Shown here: positions 58,584-64,000 of the stretch, one piece after another
Position numbering within the stretch: position 1 is the stretch's first letter
How the letters are laid out: the number at the start of each line of letters is the position of its first letter
NCBI RefSeq assembly: GCF_009914755.1
Contig: NC_060932.1
Strand: one strand, 5' to 3'
DNA length: 64,000 bases
Origin: the human T2T-CHM13v2.0 reference genome, Homo sapiens
Program-made: the position numbers and the translations under genes
The notes under the pieces: model-generated
What the model was told of the DNA's origin: nothing
Database searches by the model: none
Seen by the model: only the letters and a program-made list of their open reading frames with translations

Positions 58584-60790
58584 TTGAGCTCTTTCTGAAG
58601 CTGTTGCTTCCTACCTGAGAATTCCCATTTAGAGAGCTGCACAGCACAGTCACCTGCTCTTCCGTATTCTGTGGTAACTACTAATGTTCCAGGTAAACCC
58701 CTCCACTAAGGACTCTGCCGCAGAGAGAGGGCCCGGTTGCATGAGGCACTTTGTCAAAATGAGCAGATACGTATGAGCACTGAACTCTTGAGTGAATCAA
58801 CCAGAACTAAGACCCAGATCCACGCACTCAGGAACTTGCTCTGAATTTCAGTTTGACAACAGAGAAGTAGAATATTTCTAATTAGCTAATATATATACAC
58901 ATTTTTTAATCATCCAAAATTACAGGCAAATCACTTAAGGTCCCCAGCACTTTACGATGAAAGGTCAGAGAGAACCCCACAAAAAAGGTGTTAAAAGGAC
59001 AGGATCACTAACTGTGAGAGGTTAATTTATCAGGATAACTCTCCGGTAGGTAACTAGGCGGGCATGCTGATTTTCATACTGGAGTCTTCAAGAGTTAACA
59101 GAATCTACCATCCTTTCCTCCGGGTCAGGCTAGGGCCGCAGGGGGCCACTTTACAGCCTCACTGCAGCATCCTCACTGGGTATAAGCATTGGCCCAGAGG
59201 GACAATCATAAATGTCCTCAAAGTGTTGCAGAGAATTAAGAATCCGGCTTTGGGGGAAGAAATTAATATGCATTTTTTTTAGAACTACTTCCTGTACATT
59301 GGACAAGAAGGGTAAAGTTGTCTAAGTGAACTGGCTTATATACATCGCTGATTAAACATAAGGGCTTTGGGAAGTATCTCAGGGCACTTGGGAAAAACTG
59401 CAGAGATGTTTTGCTTTTGAAACTCTCTCGCTGGATGGGGACACCCCACCCATGTCAACTTTCCATCTGCAGAAATGAAACAAATATATGTAAAAAGTGC
59501 GGGGGGACAGGCAGGCTGTTCTGAATTTCTTTGATCCATAGGCAATCAAGTTCAAAGGAAATGTTTCTTTACAGGAAAGAAAAAAACGGAAAGCTCTGTG
59601 AGTTTTGCTAGGGGGTGTTAGGTTCTAGGGCAACCACGGACTCTTCAGGAAGGAAAGCCACACAGCTACACTACCAGGGAAATCCGCCTCCCTTGGCAAA
59701 TGCCTGGGGAGAGCTGCTCCTCTGGGAAGCAGCCTCGGACGGATCAGGAGACCTTGTTCTAGCACGCCTTTCAAATGCTCAATGTAGACTGTTTTAAAAC
59801 CTTGAAAAATAAGTGGGTGTTTGTCATTGTTCTTTTAAAAATGTGAAAAGGAAAAAACATGAGATTAGAATCCTAAGCTCTTCACCCAATTTCACAATTC
59901 ACCCTGACTAGCAATTTGCTGGACTGTTCTAAAATTTTTTTCATTTGTTTCTTTTTTAACTATGTGTTTTGAAAACTACTGCCTTCTCAGCCCGAAAATC
60001 GCCGTCTCTCTCAGGCTCACTGTGGTTTCCTTTTTCTGACACAAAGGCAGGCACAGGCTGCCCCTCCACATGTCTTGGGGATCAGATCATGCCCCGGGCT
60101 CATAGGAACCGAAACTTTGGGGCATCTGAGACTGGCTGATTCAGATTCAAAGACAATCACACGGAAAGACTGTGGGCAGAGAAGGCAATGCCTCTCCCCT
60201 GGTCCCTTTGCTGTCACTATTACATAATGGACTTGCACTTTTCCTCCCTGCACTTATCACTTTCTGGGCTTGACCTTAATTGTAAGTGTGGTATGAGTCT
60301 GTTTCCATTTAAAGCAGACAGAAAGAAACTACTCTGGACCTGAAAACAACGTGACTTGCCAATCATTAGAATTTTCTAGTTGAAAGGCATAGATCAGCCA
60401 ATAGATCCACACCAACAAGTTGCAAAATGTAGTTTTTGCTGCTGGCTCTCACTTTCCGCCCAATCCCCCTTTTTGTGTTTTAGTGGCTGTGTTGCTGTTG
60501 GAAATGGTTTGTCACCTCCTCCTGTGCAGTGGCTGCTGCTCCACATTGCGGATCTTAAAAACCTTCCTAATCTAAATGGCCCTTGCTTTACCCGGCCATG
60601 GCTACCCTGGGGTTTGGAGCGTGGCTATGGAGGGAAGGGAGCGGGAATGCTGCAAGAACAAGCCGACTGGATTACAATGTCCACTACTGACAGGCGCAGT
60701 GCGTGTGTGTGACCCACCGGGTTCCCGGGGCACTGTCCCCCCCGCTCCCACCCCACCCGAGGCTCCCTCCCCACCCTGCCCCCGGGAGAA

Positions 60791-61113
60791 TCACTTAAAC
60801 ACGGACTGAAAGGTGGGGCACTCATGGTTTTTCATTTTCTTCATGAAGTTTTTGAACTCCTTGTTTTTCTTGTCCCACTTGTGGATGGCCGTCAGCAAGT
60901 ACTGGCTCTTCACCTTGCGGCCCATGATGAGGAAGTGGTGGCTGAGGTTGTCCAGCTGGTGGCAGGGACAGTCAGCCCCATTCTTCAGGTACAGCACAAG
61001 CTTCTTCAGGTCCTTCTTCTTGATGGGCCCCAACTTCAGGGGCTTCTTCTTCTTGGGGACAATCTTCTTGTCGCCATTTTCTTTTTTCACTTCTTTTATT
61101 TTCATCCTCAGTG
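60791..61113 (-). CDS. SFRP1: Secreted frizzled-related protein 1, last coding exon (C-terminal netrin/NTR domain part)
   Basis: Translates (A)LRMKIKEVKKENGDKKIVPKKKKPLKLGPIKKKDLKKLVLYLKNGADCPCHQLDNLSHHFLIMGRKVKSQYLLTAIHKWDKKNKEFKNFMKKMKNHECPTFQSVFK*, the SFRP1 C-terminus. Preceded by a pyrimidine tract and AG (phase 1). TGA stop at 60793-60791. Confidence 0.97.
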
Positions 61114-61153
61114 CTAGAGATGGAGAGGACAGAAGAAGAGAAAAGAGGGTAAG
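61114..61153 (-). promoter_or_regulatory. SFRP1: 3' splice site of last SFRP1 intron (branch point CTTAC, polypyrimidine tract, TAG)
   Basis: Minus strand CTTACCCTCTTTTCTCTTCTTCTGTCCTCTCCATCTCTAG|CACTG. Confidence 0.9.
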
Positions 61154-61239
61154 AGAAAGCATTTAGAACACAGCTTTTCTTTTTTTGATCCTCAAAGTGA
61201 TTGCATTTTATTATTTTATTTTTTGGCTTATACTTTCTT

Positions 61240-61412
61240 CTTGTAAATATATATGTTTTTAATTTTAGATTCAGGGGCACAGGTGCAGAGTTGGTTTCAT
61301 GGGTATACTGCATGATGCTGAGGTTTGGGCTTCTAATAACCCCATCGCCCAAGCAGCAATTACAGTGTCGGCCATCCTCCCTCATGTCTTTTGGAATCTC
61401 CAGTGTTTACTG
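61240..61412 (-). mobile_element. L1PA16/17-like 3' fragment (intronic)
   Basis: TTTTAGATTCAGGGGCACAGGTGCAG...GCATGATGCTGAGGTTTGGG. Confidence 0.7.
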
Positions 61413-61494
61413 TGGAACAAAGCTTTTCATCTAGAACAATAACCCAAGTGTACAGCTGAGGTGGAGAAGAAAATGAAAGGCAAGTAACAAGTCA

Positions 61495-61809
<315 letters not shown>

Positions 61810-62018
61810 TCAGTTACCCATTCTGCCACCGCCTCCGCCCCCTATTCTGTGGTGTCCAGTGGTATCTCTCTGTAATGGCCATCGGTGCCAGGAGATCCTC
61901 AAATAAATTTCAAAGCTAAATCACATTGCTCTTTTTAAAAATCCAGTTATCATGCACTGCTTTAAGAGAAAAAAGGGTCCTATAACCCAATTTACTCCAC
62001 ATGATCTGATGCTATTGA

Positions 62019-62348
<330 letters not shown>

Positions 62349-63209
62349 ATGAGGGTTTCTTTTTGTTTGGTTTTGTTTTGAAGAGCAAGTTATTGGTTTA
62401 GTATTTTAACATTGAAAGACCTACAATTCCTTGAAAATTGAGTCCTATAAAATGACAGGCAGAACTATGTGTGTGCACTCAGCAAGGGAAAGTTAAAGGT
62501 TGTTTCAAATGGTCATGCTTCCTGCATTAAACATCAACGTCCAACCACAGCATGGGAGAAATCAGTTTCTACTACTGGGTCTCTATGGCGGTAAGACAGC
62601 AGGTACTGCTAGTATCAGTCAATCGCTAATCAACCACTAATCCCCACTGACAGGCAGCACTAATGTTCTGCCAACTGAGAAGACCTACACAAAATCCAAA
62701 TCTACTTTGACTTTCTGGCAGATTAGAGCAAGTTCTGGTGAAGTCCTAATTGATAAATCCAGGTGATGAGCTCTCTTCAAATCCAATATGGTACCAGGGC
62801 TGCTTCTGTTCTCAACTCCCAGGAGTGTGGGAAAATCAGCCCATTCACCAACTCTGCTTTCTCTTTTCTCTGTCCCAATGGACACTGAATTAACAGTGTT
62901 AACCTGTGAGCCACATCCTGTAGCAATGACTCCACAGGGGCTGCTGATGAAGATAAATGAGCGTGGACACGCTCTACAAACGAAGCAGACTGAACACACA
63001 GTGTCGCGGGTACAATCAACTCCCCTTTAAGACTGGTCAGCCCGAGATATTCCCAAAGGAGTTGGAAATCACTTTCTAGGTGCCAGTCACCAGATAATTT
63101 GCGTATCTTCTGAACTCTTTTTAATAGAAAATTACCAAGCCCCCTCTTTTTAATGATGCAAGGCTTCCACCCACACACCCTGAGGAAAGTCTTTAACCTG
63201 AACTAAATC

Positions 63210-63440
63210 ACAGTGGCTAACAATTATGAAAGCATGTGACCTGCCAGAACATGTGCTAAGTATTTCCCGTGCATTTCCTCAGTTAATTCTAACAACTCCA
63301 GGAGGAAGGCATAATTATTTTCCCATCTAATAGATGAGAAAACTGAGGCATAGGGGGTTAAGTTGGCTTGCCTAAAGTCACTAATCCTAAGTTGAAACCC
63401 ATGTCTAAATGTGCACTTTTAATCTGCATGTTGTCCATGC
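63210..63440 (-). mobile_element. MIR
   Basis: CCCATCTAATAGATGAGAAAACTGAGGCATAG...CTTGCCTAAAGTCAC core. Confidence 0.75.
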
Positions 63441-64000
63441 TGACTCTATGGTTCCAAAATTCTTTAGAATGGACCCCAAACTTGGAGTACTGATTAAATG
63501 GACCAAGAAGATCACAGGGAGGAGCTCAGACCCTCTTCCCAGTTTCACCTACATTTCAAAATGACTTCACTTATGAAATGGCAAAAGAGTGCCTCCTGGT
63601 TGAAAGAGACTTCTCTGGCAAAGGAGAAACTGCATTTGTGAAAGCTTTATTATTTAATATTTTAATTTATTTTATTTATTAGAGATGGGAGAAACTAATG
63701 CATACTCCAGCTGACAAGGCGAGCGCCCTCTTGTCTGCAGAGAAGTGAGCCATTGTAAGATAGTACCCACCACATGCTGGGCTCTGCAGATGAGAATGGG
63801 ATATGTCTATCTACGACTCCTTGTTTAATACTCGCAGCAACCATGTTAAGAAGGCATCAATAGTACTTTATTATAATCAAGGAGAAGGACTCAGGTTAAG
63901 TAACAACAGCATGAGGCCACAGTTTGTAAGAGACAGAATCAGGATCAGAACCCACACCTAACCCCAAAACCACTCTTTCCTGCCATACACACCACGACCC

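Larger units (their letters stand above)
57582..60790 (-). other. SFRP1: SFRP1 3'UTR (~3.2 kb)
   Basis: Essentially repeat-free stretch after the stop that matches the recalled human SFRP1 3'UTR. Ends near an ACTAAA hexamer followed by a GU/U-rich element. 3' end approximate. Confidence 0.85.

Noticed and set aside
60813-61166. Plus-strand ORFs (117 and 97 aa) opposite the SFRP1 exon
   Set aside because: Antisense shadows of a codon-biased exon with no independent support.
60972-61385. 137-aa alternative-frame ORF overlapping SFRP1
   Set aside because: Starts inside an L1 fragment in the intron and has no recognisable domain.

Overview
Primate, most likely human, genomic DNA. The right end holds the 3' part of SFRP1 on the minus strand: last coding exon 61113-60791, an ~3.2 kb 3'UTR and the end of the last intron. 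The other ~57 kb is downstream intergenic DNA made mostly of Alu, L1, MaLR/ERVL LTR, MIR and DNA-transposon fossils. The top observation is a full-length L1PA6-like element whose real target-site duplication lies ~170 bp outside each end. It appears to carry a 5' transduction of exon 1 of a ZNF91/ZNF93-family KRAB zinc-finger gene and a 3' transduction with its own polyA signal. Other notable items are a fragmented but colinear ancient ERV-L provirus (LTR-gag-pro-pol-dUTPase-PPT-LTR), several template-switch hairpins, and candidate post-transcriptional elements in the SFRP1 3'UTR. Repeat subfamily names come from recalled consensus sequences, not from a search, and most repeat boundaries are approximate.
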